DNA of 62,902 bases, filler included, from Octopus bimaculoides (lineage: Eukaryota), in the NCBI RefSeq assembly GCF_001194135.2. It is 8 parts of 7 records of this genome, joined end to end, with 100 filler letters (N's around TTAATTAATTAA, not from the genome) between each part and the next. Parts side by side here need not be neighbours in the genome. Positions count along the whole stretch, not along the records: positions 1 to 3,966 come from NC_068984.1; positions 4,067 to 8,343 come from NC_068986.1; positions 8,444 to 16,182 come from NC_068987.1; 5 more parts are not named here. One strand, 5' to 3'. Under the pieces are notes generated by a model. It was not told where the DNA came from and did not search any database. It worked only from the letters and a program-made list of their open reading frames with translations. Both the position numbers and the translations under genes were made by a program. This document shows positions 1 to 12,950 of this stretch, piece by piece; the stretch's first letter is position 1, and each line of letters opens with the position of its first letter.

Positions 1-113
1 AGGACACGGTCGTGTGTCGATAAGCCAGCTGGAGGAGATGTCCTCCTGGGGCTAAAAGCAACAGTAACATCCACCCCTAGGGGTCAGCCACACTTAAGTG
101 GCAATATACTACA

Positions 114-158
<45 letters not shown>

Positions 159-159
159 C

Positions 160-380
160 GTGTGTGTGTTTGCTTGTGGGTTTGTCCACCAGTAACGCTT
201 GATAACCGGTGTTAGTGTGTTTATGTCCCCATATCTTAGTTGTTTGGCAAAAGAGACCGATAGAATAAGTAGCAGGCTTAACAAAATGTAAGTATTGTGG
301 TTGATTCATTCGACTAAAGTTTCTTCAAGGCTGTGCTGCAGCATGGCCGCAATCTAATGACTGAAACAAGTAAAGGATGA
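160..380 (+). mobile_element. SINE family A, 3' half
   Basis: Matches the 3' part of the full-length copies at 26421 and 62435 (gagaccgatagaataagta...gactgaaacaagtaaa). Confidence 0.8.
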
Positions 381-811
381 AAGAAGAAGAAACTGTATTT
401 ATACAGTGTATGGTGGACAGGTAGAAACGATTCCTCTCCAAGCTGTAATCATAAGAGAAGTTAATCTTCTTATTACAAGCTATCAAAACAATCATTAATT
501 TTAAAGTGCATCTGTTGCCCACAGTCATGAGGAATATTATTTTTTAAGCTACTTGTTTATGTTTTACAGTAAGGTGGACTAGGCTGTTGAGAGTTAGTTT
601 AGTTGGGGCTACAGACACACTGCGGTACAAATCTGGTGACAGGTTATAAATTACCAACATTTCAATGGATAATCATTTACACGATCAGTTCAGGCGGCAG
701 TGTCATGTACAATATAGTGTTCTGCTGCACCTTGAAACACACAGACACACACACAGACACACACACAGACACACACACACAGAGACACACACACACACAC
801 ACACACGCACG

Positions 812-842
<31 letters not shown>

Positions 843-1189
843 ACACAACACACATGCATATATGTGAATACAAGCTCAAATACGTAAAGTAAATATAATA
901 TGTAGTTATTAGTTTTATGAATTGTTACCAGGATCAATAAATAGCCTAAGCTAGTAAATTTTAATAATACTTTCCGAAAATATTATTTATTCAGGTGAAA
1001 ATATTATTTATTCATAGGAGTTTTTAGTTGTTATAATTGTCATACAATCAACAGCAGAGTTTGCAAATTTCAAAAATATTACCAACATATTAAAAAGAAA
1101 CAAAGTCGAAGCACTTTTCGATATTCCAATTACTAGCTTGCTACAGCCGAGGAGAGAGGGCAGAAAGAGAAAGTTAAAANNNNNNNNNN

Positions 1190-1262
<73 letters not shown>

Positions 1263-3189
1263 CACCCCACACACACACGCACATGTATCTTATCTTTTAC
1301 TTGTTTCAGTTATTAGACTGAAGTCATGCTGAGGCATCGCCTTGAAGAATTTTAACCGAAATGAATCCACCCCAGTACTAATTTTTTTGTTATGTATGTA
1401 TTCTTTTATTCTTTTGTATGCTTCAGCCCTAAGGCTGCGGCCATGCTGGGGCATCGCCAGTGAAAATTAACTGTCAGAAGTGGGACAGAAACCCACGCCC
1501 ACATTAATGGACTACAACTCGTGTCTGGAGCATTAGACTGCAGGATACTAAGCAGGTCAGACAAAATATTTTGAGACATTTTTCCCAGTTCTTTATGTAC
1601 AGAATTCAAATCTCACCGAGGTCGACTTTGCCTTTCCTACTTTCGAGGTCGGTAAAATGCAGTACTGAGATCGATGCAATTAACCTGCCACCTCCCCACA
1701 AATTTCATGATTTGTGCCTATTGTAGAAAGAATTATAAGACACTGTTTTATGTGAACAGTAAGTTTTCCATATTTTCTTAACCAGTTGAAATCCATATCT
1801 TGTAGAAAGAAAATGAGAAAAGTCACTATTACCTTTCAGTAATGGAAGGACAAAATCTATGACCTTATATTTTGGGGATCTTTAAAAAGCTCGTGGAAGA
1901 AGAAAATAATTTGTGTTAAGCCAGAGTCCTAGTCGAATGCTTACAACAGAACGAATCCTACTAAAGACCATCAAGTACCAACCAAGAGATTGTCTTAAAT
2001 CAATGACTGAATAATTCAATCACTATAACACCTCAGAATGTGAACGCAATGAACAAAAACAGGTACCACAGGCTTAATTAATAATTCAGTCAATTAACCA
2101 GCCGAACAGGTACATTATTTTATCGACCCCACTCACCAAAAAACAAAGCAAAACATGAATGACAATGTTGATGTCGGTGGACTTGAATTTACAAACGCAG
2201 AAACAAATACCTCAAAACATTTTGCTCTAAGTTCTAGCAACTCTGCCAATTCCCCGACATACTCATTTTAGAGATCACATTTGCCAATGTTAATAGTTAT
2301 TAATCATAAGCGTCATCATTATCATCATTCTTTAATCATCATTCTTTAATCATCATTCTTTAATCATCATCAACAGCCATAAGATCATCATAACAACCAC
2401 AATTTTAACATCTACTTATCTCACAATGAGCAGAATTAAAATTCATTTCTGTTCAAAAGTTTGATAATAGAATTACCAATTAATTTTGTATAATTTGGAA
2501 TGTTCTCCTGGTATATTTACTTTTGCTTGGCGCTGATATACGTTCAAATATTGATTTCTTTGCGCCAAGCAAAAGGCCCCGTTTTCGTAGAAGAGGATTT
2601 ATAGTTGAGCGAACCAAATCTAGTGATAGATAGTTTATCAGCTCTGGAAAGATTGAATAATATGGTCGATTCAAGAGTGATTTGAACTCATGAAGTGGTT
2701 ATAATGTTATTTGTGTTCTATGATTTTAGATTTAGCCATTGGAATTGTTTTAGAATTTGTAGTGACAGTATGGTAAGAAGTTAGCTTCCCATCCATATGG
2801 TTCTGGGCTCAATTCCACTGCTTGGCAGCAAGAGAGAGATTCTTCTCCTATAGCCCCAGATTGAACAGAACATGAACATACACACACACGTGTATACGTA
2901 TGTGTATATGTATATACATTGAAATTGTTTGCCTTGTGCCAAAATCAGAATCTATTTCAGGCGTTGGACTGGTAGCATCAATGCAATATCAAGACAAAAA
3001 AGAAATTCTCTTTATGTTCTAAGTACAAATTCCTCTTTTGTCTTTATGGGATCGATAAAATAAAATACTAGTCAAGTACTGGGGTCGATGTAATCGACTA
3101 TCCCCTCAAATTTCAAGCCTTGGGCCTAGAGTAGAAGGGATTATTATTGTTGTATAATTGTTCACCATTTAATATTTTGAGGCAAATTT

Positions 3190-3711
3190 CTGCTGCATCG
3201 CCTACTACACCGTATTGTTGGGGTATGTGCATCATTGTGTATTCTTTTCTGTTGTTGGGTGTATGCAAACTCTTCTCAGTATCGTAGCGTTAGTTTATTT
3301 TTCTCTTTGGGTGTAGTGCAGTCTTTTGTTATGTCGCTGCTTGTATTGTGTATTGAGTGTGTTATGCGTTGGTTATTTGGCCTGCTGGTGGAAGTTTATT
3401 TCACTGGGTGTTTGTAGGTTGTTTTGTTCAGGTTGTATTATTGAATTGATAGTGTCTTGTGTAGGATGCGGGCTGTTCCTAGCAGGGCTACTTTTATTGA
3501 AGATCCAGGTATAGCTTCTACAGTTTATGTGTTTTTTTTTCTTATCATGCCCAATGTTCCAATTATCATTGGTATTGATTTTAGTACCTTCACGTCCCAC
3601 ATCTTGAATACTTCAATTTCGAGGTCTTTGTACCTTGACACTTTCTCCGCTTCTTTTTGGACAATATTTCGATCAGAAGGGACTGAAATGTCTGTCAGTA
3701 AGCAAGTGTTT
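3190..3711 (-). mobile_element. RLE-type (R4/Dong-like) non-LTR retrotransposon 3' end, degenerate
   Basis: Minus-strand TCLLTDISVPSDRNIVQKEAEKVSRYKDLEIEVFKMWDVKVLKSIPMIIGTLGM...KVALLGTARILHKTLSIQ* is a restriction-like endonuclease C-terminus, followed by a 3' UTR. Confidence 0.8.
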
Positions 3712-4067
3712 ATCAGTAGCAGCAGCAGTAGTGGTAGTAGTAGCAGCAGCAGTAGCAGTAGTAGTAGTTGTGGTGGTGGTAGTTGTAGTGGTGGTGGTGG
3801 TGGTGGTAAGATTATTGATTGTAAGAGCAATATAACAGAGGATATGTATATGTGCGTATGAATGTGTGTGTTTGTGTGTATGTTGGTGTGTATATATATA
3901 CATATATATATATATACATATGTATATATATATACATATATATGTATCTATATATATATGTATATANNNNNNNNNNNNNNNNNNNNNNNNNNNNNNNNNN
4001 NNNNNNNNNNTTAATTAATTAANNNNNNNNNNNNNNNNNNNNNNNNNNNNNNNNNNNNNNNNNNNNC

Positions 4068-4372
4068 AGTGTAAGCAGAGTACTTATTCTATTGGTCTCT
4101 TTTGCCGAACCACTAAGTTACGGGGACGTAAACACACCACCATCGGTTGTCAAGCGATGTTGGGGGGACAAACACCGACACACAAACATATATATATATA
4201 TACATATATACGACAGGCTTCTTTCAGTTTCCGTCTACCAAATCCACTCACAAGGCTTTGGTCAGCCCGAGGCTATAGTAGAAGACACTTGCCCAAGGTG
4301 CCATGCAGTGGGAATGAACCCGGAACCATGTGGTTGGTAAGCAAGCTACTTACCACACAGCCACTCCTGCAC
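4068..4372 (-). mobile_element. SINE family A (tRNA-derived head, CORE-like centre)
   Basis: Near-identical to the copy at 26421-26822. Confidence 0.85.
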
Positions 4373-4964
4373 CTGTCTAAATAAATTAACAATTATATTA
4401 AATAAATGAAATTATGATTTATAAGCTTCTTATAAATCATAAAGAATATATATATATATTTAGGATGTAAGTGAATATGTCAATATATTGCCCGGAAGAG
4501 ATTTTTACCTTTTGAATTCATAATACAATTTTAATTGCAAAACATGAATGAAGATGAGAAATTGAAACATGTGTAGGTGACATGAAAGTGAGTATCATAT
4601 AAATAAATTGATTTCTATGTTCACATTTTCCATTTTCTTTACATTATATATCTATACAAATACAAACATATACACATATAAATATCTATATAATAATAAT
4701 AATAATAAATTGTATAAAAGATCATGGGTAAGGCCAAAACAATGCAAAGTAAATCACAAGGAAACAAATATGTGTGTGTGTATATATAATGTACACATAT
4801 AAACTTACCTACTGCATTTCACATCATTAAAACAGGAACTTATTGCACGAAGTTGCTGACTTCGATGAAATCGTACAAAACGCATGTATGCAAGCACTTG
4901 AGCTTGGTGGTGCTCATTTAAACCAAGTACCGATGTCTGAAATTCAAAGAAAAATACACATATA

Positions 4965-5540
4965 TAAGGTGTTCAGGCTAAATTTGACAGTTTGCATAAA
5001 ACCGAAAGAAAACACATTATCTGATCCAAAAATAAAAGTATTTTAAAAATCAAAATATATCAACTAGATTATGGCTGCGAGAAAAGAGTTTATTCAAAGA
5101 AGCCACCCGCAGCTTCCACCATGGCTTCAAGATAGCTCCAGAATCCGGCACATGCATTCCTCATTGTATCCCTAGGAAGATTTTTGAATGCCTCTTTGAT
5201 CTTAGTCACTAGTTTGGCCCTTATGTTGCATGCAAAGCAGTTGGTGTCTTTCTCAACTGCGCCCCACACATTGTAATCCATGGGATTACAATTGGGGAAA
5301 TTAGGAGGCCAGAAACTGGGGCTGGTGAAACCATAGAAATTCTCCAGCAACCACTTCTGAATGACTCCAGAGGTATGGCAAGGAGCTGAATCCCGTCGCC
5401 ATACAGATGGTCTACTAGTAGCAAATCTCTCCAGTCAGGGTTTGATCACAGTTACCAGCAGCTTCACATAGCAGCCTGAGTTGAGCCTAAGGCTCTGTTC
5501 AAAGACATGGGAATGAATTTAGGTGTGCAGATGCAATCAG
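4965..5540 (-). mobile_element. Tc1/mariner superfamily, maT (DD37D) transposase 3' fragment with a probable terminal repeat at ~4965-4995
   Basis: Minus-strand RDSAPCHTS...FWPPNFPNCNPMDYNVWGAVE...GGFFE*. Catalytic Asp codons at 5390-5392 and 5276-5278 are separated by 37 residues; upstream stops are present. Confidence 0.8.
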
Positions 5541-5633
5541 AATACCTGTTGTGTCCCTTCTTGCTAGCTATAGCTTTGTAATCTCTTTGTTGCAGCTGTC
5601 CTTTAAAGTGTTCTCTGAGACTCCAGCTAAGAA

Positions 5634-5669
5634 GATCCGAAGAAGGAATTGTAATTCCGAAATATCGTC
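5634..5669 (+). ncRNA. Minimal type I hammerhead-like motif H1 (core CCGAAGA, U4>C)
   Basis: Stem I GAT/GTC, CCGAAGA, one extra A, stem II GGAAT/ATTCC, GAAA, palindromic ATAT stem III, cleavage triplet ending at C5666. Confidence 0.55.
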
Positions 5670-5770
5670 AGACTATAGATAACCAAATTACAACAGGTAT
5701 ATAGTCCATTTTTGTTTTATAGTGCATTGTTGTACCATTCTAAACTTTTATTCTTTACAAACAATACACA

Positions 5771-5836
5771 ATGCTTCAAGTGAACTACAATATTCTCCGT
5801 AATTCTTCGAAACATATGTTGGAATAAAAGTATGCA
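5771..5836 (+). ncRNA. Degenerate hammerhead H2 (same family as 22628-22727, core destroyed)
   Basis: 3' half GTAATTCTTCGAAACATATGTTGGAATAAAAGTATGCA matches H3; CTGATGA is replaced by CAAGTGA. Confidence 0.55.
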
Positions 5837-5994
5837 GTTATAACATGCGTTTACTCCATTCTTTAGATTTATATACATATATATATATATATACACACAC
5901 ACACAGCCCTCAGGCTAAATGGATCCTGTCGAAATGTCCAACCCATGCCAGCATGGAGCATAGACATTAAACAATGATGATATATATATGTATA

Positions 5995-6027
<33 letters not shown>

Positions 6028-7215
6028 CAGTAATAACAATAAGCTTAACCTGAAGAAACAAAGGAATTGTCCCTTAGTTTATTTATATACAAGTGGAAGA
6101 GGAAGTCAGACTATATTCAGTGGAAGTTTTAGTGCCTTTGGGTCAGTATTGACCTGTGGTTTGCTACAACACAATCAGCTAAGTCTATATATTGCTATTA
6201 TGGTTATCATTTAGTTTTATGTTATTTATTTTACTGTTGTTTTAATGCTCTTCGGTCATTGGTCTGTGGCCACTGTGAGGCACGATTGATTATATTGACC
6301 TCAATGTTAATCTCAGTCAGATATCTAGTTTATTGATTTCTCTTTGTCAATAAAAATATATGTGCAAATACACACACATAAACATACATATGCCTACGCA
6401 TGCACATATATATGAATATACATATGCAAAATCACACACACACACACATATATAAACATACATTTATGCATGTATATATATATGTATATACATACATACA
6501 CACATATAAATACACGTCTGTCCTACATGTATGTTTTGTAGTATTTAATGCATTTTTCCTTTATGGAATAACTGAACGCCACGCATCCCAACTTTTGTTA
6601 TACATACATTATACACACACATACACATATATACATTCTCCCCTACTTTTTGTTAGAGTGTCCTAAGTTGAGATATACTCGGTTAGTTTCATTGCCTTTT
6701 TAGTGCTGCTGTCTATTTATTGACTAGAAAATATTAAATTTATCAAAAATGAAATTTACTTATTTTTAAGAGGATTCAAATTTACTCCTGCACTAATCTT
6801 AAATATAACTGTGATGAAAGCAGACATTCAAAACTTTAGCCAGTGCCTCCACCTAACAAAAATTCTTCAACGACAGCAAAGATGAAAATGACAATCCAGT
6901 TATCATGAATATATCCAGTTTTACTCTGCATAAAGGAAGAGATGAACATTTTGCTACTTATAGTGATATGATATCTAAATTCCCCTATTAGCAGCCATAA
7001 ATGTAAATAGAACCTTTAGAAAGAAGAGAAAAAAGCTGTACAAAAATTGAAGAATGATACTAAATGAAACCAATAAAGAACAGGGCAATTATCATTATGG
7101 ATACAAAATATTACAAAGGAAAATTACTTGAACGATTAATGGATAGTAACTGCTGCAAAGAGGAGACAAGAAACCTGGGGAAAACAACTATAAAGTAATG
7201 AAATCAGCTCATTAA

Positions 7216-7297
7216 CCCCTTAGCATTTAAACTGACAACATCTGGCCATGATATTCTATCTATTTAATGTTCAAACTGACCACATCCAACCTCTCGC
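7216..7297 (+). mobile_element. One end of a TTAA-targeting (piggyBac-like) MITE, same family as 31590-31815
   Basis: TTAA at 7212-7215 followed by CCCCTTAGCATTT; similar to the reverse complement of the right end of the 31590 element. Confidence 0.55.
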
Positions 7298-7299
7298 CA

Positions 7300-7540
7300 A
7301 GATCTTTGGCGATATTCTATGCTTGAGAAGACTCGTCAAGTGAAATCATAGTTGTAGTCAAATGCCAGTGTCATGTAACTGGCACCCATTACACTTTTGG
7401 AGTAGTTGGCGCTAGGAAGAGCATCCAGCAATAAAAACCATTCCAGATCAGACTGGAACCTGGTGCAGCTCTCCAGCTTACCAATTTTCAGTCAAACCAT
7501 CTGCATGGAAAGCGGATGCTAAATGATGATGATGATGTTT
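7300..7540 (+). mobile_element. RTE LINE 3' UTR fragment with (GAT)n tail
   Basis: taggaagagcatccagc...gaaagcggatgctaaatgatgatgatg motif shared with many copies, e.g. 19575-19800, 43805-43985, 47570-47800. Confidence 0.7.
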
Positions 7541-8001
7541 TTAACAGTCACTACTCATTATTCACACACACAACACATTTATATAGACAATCAGACAAGG
7601 CGATAAAATACTATCAGTTTTCTCAAATAATTTTGGCTCAGAATTTTGGTTACTACTAAACCAAAATGACTAACCAGCAGTGCCAATCCTCTCTGATCGC
7701 ATGACTCTTTCTCAGACATTACAGAGAACACAATACACAGACAGTAAGACGAGCACATCTCTTGACATCACTGTCGCAATCAGCCTTAAATTGTGACGTG
7801 ACTACCTCATGCACTTCAATTTACACCCATACCCTCACAAGTGTTCGCATAAAGGAAATTGCACTTTCTCTCTTGAGTAGAGACACAAGCATTCTCAAGT
7901 AGTAGACAAGTTCTTAAATGTAATGATGTAAATATTTTATTTTACTTCATTTTCTGTGCCTGTATTTACATATATACATCATATATATATATATATATAT
8001 A

Positions 8002-8030
8002 CTAGCAGAAATACCCGGCTTTGCCCGGGT
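8002..8030 (-). mobile_element. Helitron 3' terminus (hairpin plus CTAG)
   Basis: Minus strand reads ACCCGGGCAAAGCCGGGT hairpin, 7 nt spacer, CTAG, then T; sits next to a (TA)n tract. Confidence 0.6.
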
Positions 8031-9169
8031 TAAAGAGAATAATGAAATCTAAAAACGCCGTCTAGACTACGCAACCCTCAACTGTTAGTAGCTACGATAC
8101 CATATTTCTACATTAATAACTCTCCAATCCATGCCAGCATGGAACATAGACATTAAGTGGAATGCCAGTCTCTCATCTAGGAGGGCCTTGAAATCAATGT
8201 TACCAACTGGGGACTATGTGTGTCGTAGTGATAATAAAAAGACCCAAAGGAGGTCTGCAACGAAATAATTTTACTCAACACTTTGCAAGTGAATCAGTGG
8301 AGGCAAAGATGCGTCTCATTTACTTGACAATTTATGCACCACANNNNNNNNNNNNNNNNNNNNNNNNNNNNNNNNNNNNNNNNNNNNTTAATTAATTAAN
8401 NNNNNNNNNNNNNNNNNNNNNNNNNNNNNNNNNNNNNNNNNNNACACACATTGACATATACATATATACATATTTACCCAATCAAATGTAAATCATAGAT
8501 CCTACCAAGAGTGGGTTGGAAGTGTAATATATGTATGAAAGTCCTCAAGCGAGTTTAAAATTTCCCAAGAGCTGCTTCAGTAACATTCTGTTGACGCATT
8601 CTTAAATTACATCATGGCAATTCGATTACCGTCATCAGCTAAATATCAAACACATAAATAGGTGTACTTAGAAATAGATGACCAGTTCACCACTTACAAG
8701 GGAGGAAACTGATACTTTGGGAAAATGCCATAGAATTTATAGAGAAAGTGACAGAGAGGTCTATTAGATTATATCTACTCTATTCAAATTAATTTGTTTT
8801 TAGTTCTGACCAGTGTTTAGGGAGTAGGCATGATCGTATAAGAGAATAAAAAAAATCATATATGCATATCTACACACACATGAATACGCTTGGGTTACTT
8901 ATCACAGTGTTGGGCTCACAATGCTAAGGTGCAGTTTAGACCCCTGGTCTGGGCAGCGTAGACACTGTTGCTGCAGTCTCCTCAGCTGTAAATGTGTAGC
9001 AGCCTAGTGCTTGTTCACTTTTGTCACTCCCTCCAATGTGCATACATTAGATATTTTCTGGATTCATAGATAAAAAGGACCAAGTGTGTATCTGTGTCTG
9101 TTTGCGAAAATATAGGGACTTAAGTAAGCGAAATCTTAGTGCAATAAATATATGCATACATACATGCAT

Positions 9170-10690
9170 GTTACCCATGAATTTTTTGTTGATTACCTAA
9201 AGTTATATTCTGGTAATATGACCAACATCAAAAGACAATTCGAACTTGTCACAACATTCTCACGCCATATAGGAATGGAGATAGATACTCAAACATGATA
9301 GTGAACCAAATAAAGGTTGTCGCCAGGTAGAGAACATGTACATTAATAGTTTCCCTATTTCCCCTATCTCCAATGATGAAAGCTGCAAGTAAATCGGAAT
9401 TGATGAGAATTTTGCATACATTAGTGCTGTGTCTAATGCCAGAATAACAAAAGAGTGATTTTGTAGATACCAGAAAATGTGGAACTCAGAGCTGCCTGCA
9501 TTCAACAATGTTTTTGCAGTACCAGTGCTAGTGCCAACATTTGGGATATTGAAGTGGACTCTCGATGAGATACGCAGTCTGGACATCAAAGCCAGAATGG
9601 TAATGACCATCACCTTCAAATTCCACATTAACAACGACACCGATAGGTTATATGTGAGGCGAAATGCTGGCGGTAGAAGTATAAGGTCGGTCCAAAAAGC
9701 CTTTGAATGTCGCATTGTATCACTCAGACAACAACTGCTGAACAGTAAAGAAAGAAATGAGTATATTCCTTGCAGTATATTCGAAAGGGAGAATAACAAC
9801 ATCTTCAAAGTTGGAGAGGAAATATTTTTGCAGATACTCTGAGAATACAACAGTTTCATGCGACCCAAACAGTAACCTGGAGAAGAAACAGGCATCATAC
9901 CATCAAAAAGCAAAGCGTGTACATATCCCGTAAGACAGAGAATAAAAACATCGCTGACTAGAAGATTGGCCTCTTCTGGACCTGTGAAAATGCTTTACAT
10001 CTCACCTATGTCTTCGCTATCCAGGACAGGCGATAGCTACTACATATCTGATAAACAAAAGAGGCAAAGATACCTCCAAAACTTCACGTTGTGATAAAAA
10101 AAAAAGTGCTGGATCTACTATACGAGTGTGAAAGATATCACTCATATTATCAGCAGCTGCACCAAAATGTCTACTAGATTCTACCTGCCCACGAGGCATG
10201 ATTAAACTGCGAAGACTATTTACAGTGCTATCTGCAGGAAGGATTGCTCTGACGTGTACAAGAAAGACATGTCAGAACAAGCAGATATTCACACCTTTCA
10301 AAACAATACAGGTGGACTACCCCAATAAAAACACTAATTCGGTGCAAACATAACAGAGCTGATATTATTCTGAGGGGCAGGGAAGAAAAACCATGCAATG
10401 TTGCAGAGTTGCGGTATACAATCAAAAGTCCATGAAAAAGAAGACATTCATGGCGAATTAATGCGGAACTTACAGCGCGTGTACCCTGACTATGAATTCT
10501 TATTTGTATCTATCATAATAGGTGCATTATATTATGTAACAATAAATTTGCACAAAAACCTAGAAATACTCAGTTTCATAGAAAAATAACAAACAAATAA
10601 ACTGATGCAGATTTTCCAAATCCAATCTATTTGTAGCACAGTAAAGATTTGTAAGACATTACATAAATTCTTCATGTGAGATTATTATGT
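9170..10690 (+). mobile_element. 5'-truncated, degenerate RLE-type (R4/Dong-like) non-LTR retrotransposon
   Basis: FVDYLKLYSG (decayed RT YADD motif, ~9185); FNNVFAVPVLVPTFGILKWT...DRLYVRRNAGGRSIRSV; zinc-knuckle remnant DITHIISSCTKMSTRFYLPTRHD (~10130-10200); KHNRADIIL endonuclease motif; many frameshifts and stops. Confidence 0.85.
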
Positions 10691-12137
10691 GAAAAGATGC
10701 ACACGCATGGGTGTATGCCTCAACAGTTCAACCAAGAAACCAACTCAGCCACATATTTACAATCACCGGGAACTCTCTTAACTCAAAATGTTTTGTTGCT
10801 TCGTTAACAACCGGCTCGAACTCTCTGAAGAACTTAAATTAAACACAAAGAAAATATACATATACACACACACGCATACACACATACATACATATATAAA
10901 TGCATACATACACGTACGCATACATACATGTACACATATAGACACACACACATATGCACACAAATATGCATTATATATGGACGTATATGACATATGTGTG
11001 CATGTATGAATATATTGTACATATATATATATGTATGCATATATATATATATATATACACATATATATATATATATACAGAGAGAGGTGGAGAGAGAAGA
11101 GGAGCAGGAGAGGGATAGAGGGGAGAGATAGGAGTGAGTGAGAGAGACACACACACAGAGAAAGAAACAAGTCACTTTGAAAGAGTATCAGTCTCACAAG
11201 AAAACTACGAGATGAAACCGAACAAAGAAACGATGTGTTATTTTAACTATATTTAGAATTGATGTAATATACTTTTAAAAAATGAGAAGAGTAGACGAAT
11301 GTCTAAATGGAAATTACCTTGATTTTCTAAGGCTAGCAATTTCTCAACATCTGATTGAAATAAATTGCAGTTATAACTTCAAAACATTAAACTTCAACAT
11401 CGCTACACCTCAAAGATAAATAACCGGTTATAATTTTGAGGCCGTAAAGAAAATTTATGATCTCAAAATTTATTATTTATTAAAATCTCTCATATCAATG
11501 CACGTTACTCGTAACCAACGATTTATTGCATTAATAAAACCGACTCGATTTAAGTTGACGAAAATGTTATAAAAGCAAACAAACATTACGTTTAATCCAG
11601 TTAGATCGCATTTATAGATAAAAAGAATTTATTATAGACACAGTTATTTCTAATGTTTACACGGCGAATAGATGTTAGATGGCCAACGTAGACGTGATAA
11701 CGTGACGGTCAATATAGTTTGTATTTCTACCATTTTATACTCCAAGGCTGGAGATTGTAATGGTGATGATGCTGTTAGTAAGGCTGATGATGATATTGAT
11801 GATGGTGACAGGCAGTCGTGCTTGTGGCGAGTGGGTGATAGTGATGGTGTTGTGTTGTTAAGGTTTTTGTGATGTCAGTGTTGGTGATACGACGTGGAGG
11901 AGTTTACTAAAAAAAATGAGTGAATTCCCTCTATTGATCTTCAGAAAAAAAAAAAAAAAAACTTTATGGAGTCATAAGAAATGGCATGGCTTAAAGGAAA
12001 AATGTATTTGAAGACCTAAGGTAACGCACTATTCACTTAATACAGCATTAACACAGATACAACCGAATAGGAATCTTTAGGTAATGAAATGTCAGGCGTT
12101 ACACGGTGATTAATAATACATCTATATATCAACATCA

Positions 12138-12168
<31 letters not shown>

Positions 12169-12733
12169 CACATACATACACATGACACACACACATGCGC
12201 ACACATATTTCTATTTATAAAATGTGTTAACTTATCGCATGGTGTAACATTACTTTAGTGGCCTGGGTTTTCAGATCCTTGTTATCTTCAAATGGTATNN
12301 NNNNNNNNNNNNNNNNNNNNNNNNNNNNNNNNNNNNNNNNNNNNNNNNNNNNNNNNNNNNNNNNNNNNNNNNNNNNNNNNNNNNNNNNNNNNNNNNNNNN
12401 NNNNNNNNNNNNNNNNNNNNNNNNNNNNNNNNNNNNNNNNNNNNNNNNNNNNNNNNNNNNNNNNNNNNNNNNNNNNNNNNNNNNNNNNNNNNNNNNNNNN
12501 NNNNNNNNNNNNNNNNNNNNNNNNNNNNNNNNNNNNNNNNNNNNNNNNNNNNNNNNNNNNNNNNNNNNNNNNNNNNNNNNNNNNNNNNNNNNNNNNNNNN
12601 NNNNNNNNNNNNNNNNNNNNNNNNNNNNNNNNNNNNNNNNNNNNNNNNNNNNNNNNNNNNNNNNNNNNNNNNNNNNNNNNNNNNNNNNNNNNNNNTTCTG
12701 CTAGCTCACAGCCTTAAAGCTATCACTAATATT

Positions 12734-12950
12734 CTTTTCTATTCTCGGAACAAAGCGCAACATTTTTGGAGAGGGGAGGCCAGTCGACTAGATCGATCCC
12801 AGTACGCAAATGATAATTAATTCATCGACCCCGAAAAGATGAAAGGCAAAGTCCACCTCGGCGAAATTTGAGCTCAAAACGTAAAGACAGACGGAATACC
12901 GCTAAGCATTTCGCCCGGCGTGCTAACGTTTCTGCTAGCTCACAGCCTTA
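12734..12950 (-). mobile_element. SINE family B (tRNA-derived, B-box GTTCAAATT)
   Basis: Matches the intact copies at 47325 and 61232. Confidence 0.85.

Noticed and set aside
603-937. ORFs such as THTHTH, YIYIYI and VCVCVC throughout the window
   Set aside because: Translations of dinucleotide microsatellites.
2480-2700. Minus-strand ~72-aa open frame in CpG-containing DNA
   Set aside because: No recognisable homology and no convincing splice acceptor.
4011-4022. TTAATTAATTAA flanked by N runs, recurring at about ten places
   Set aside because: Assembly spacer with stops in all six frames; not biological.
4535-4580. TGAATGA-A-GAT..ATT-GAAACATGTGTAGG, resembling the H3 3' end
   Set aside because: Core and stems are too degenerate to support. 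If real, it would be another broken sense-strand copy.
9260-9913. 217-aa minus-strand ORF
   Set aside because: Antisense shadow of the + strand LINE remnant.
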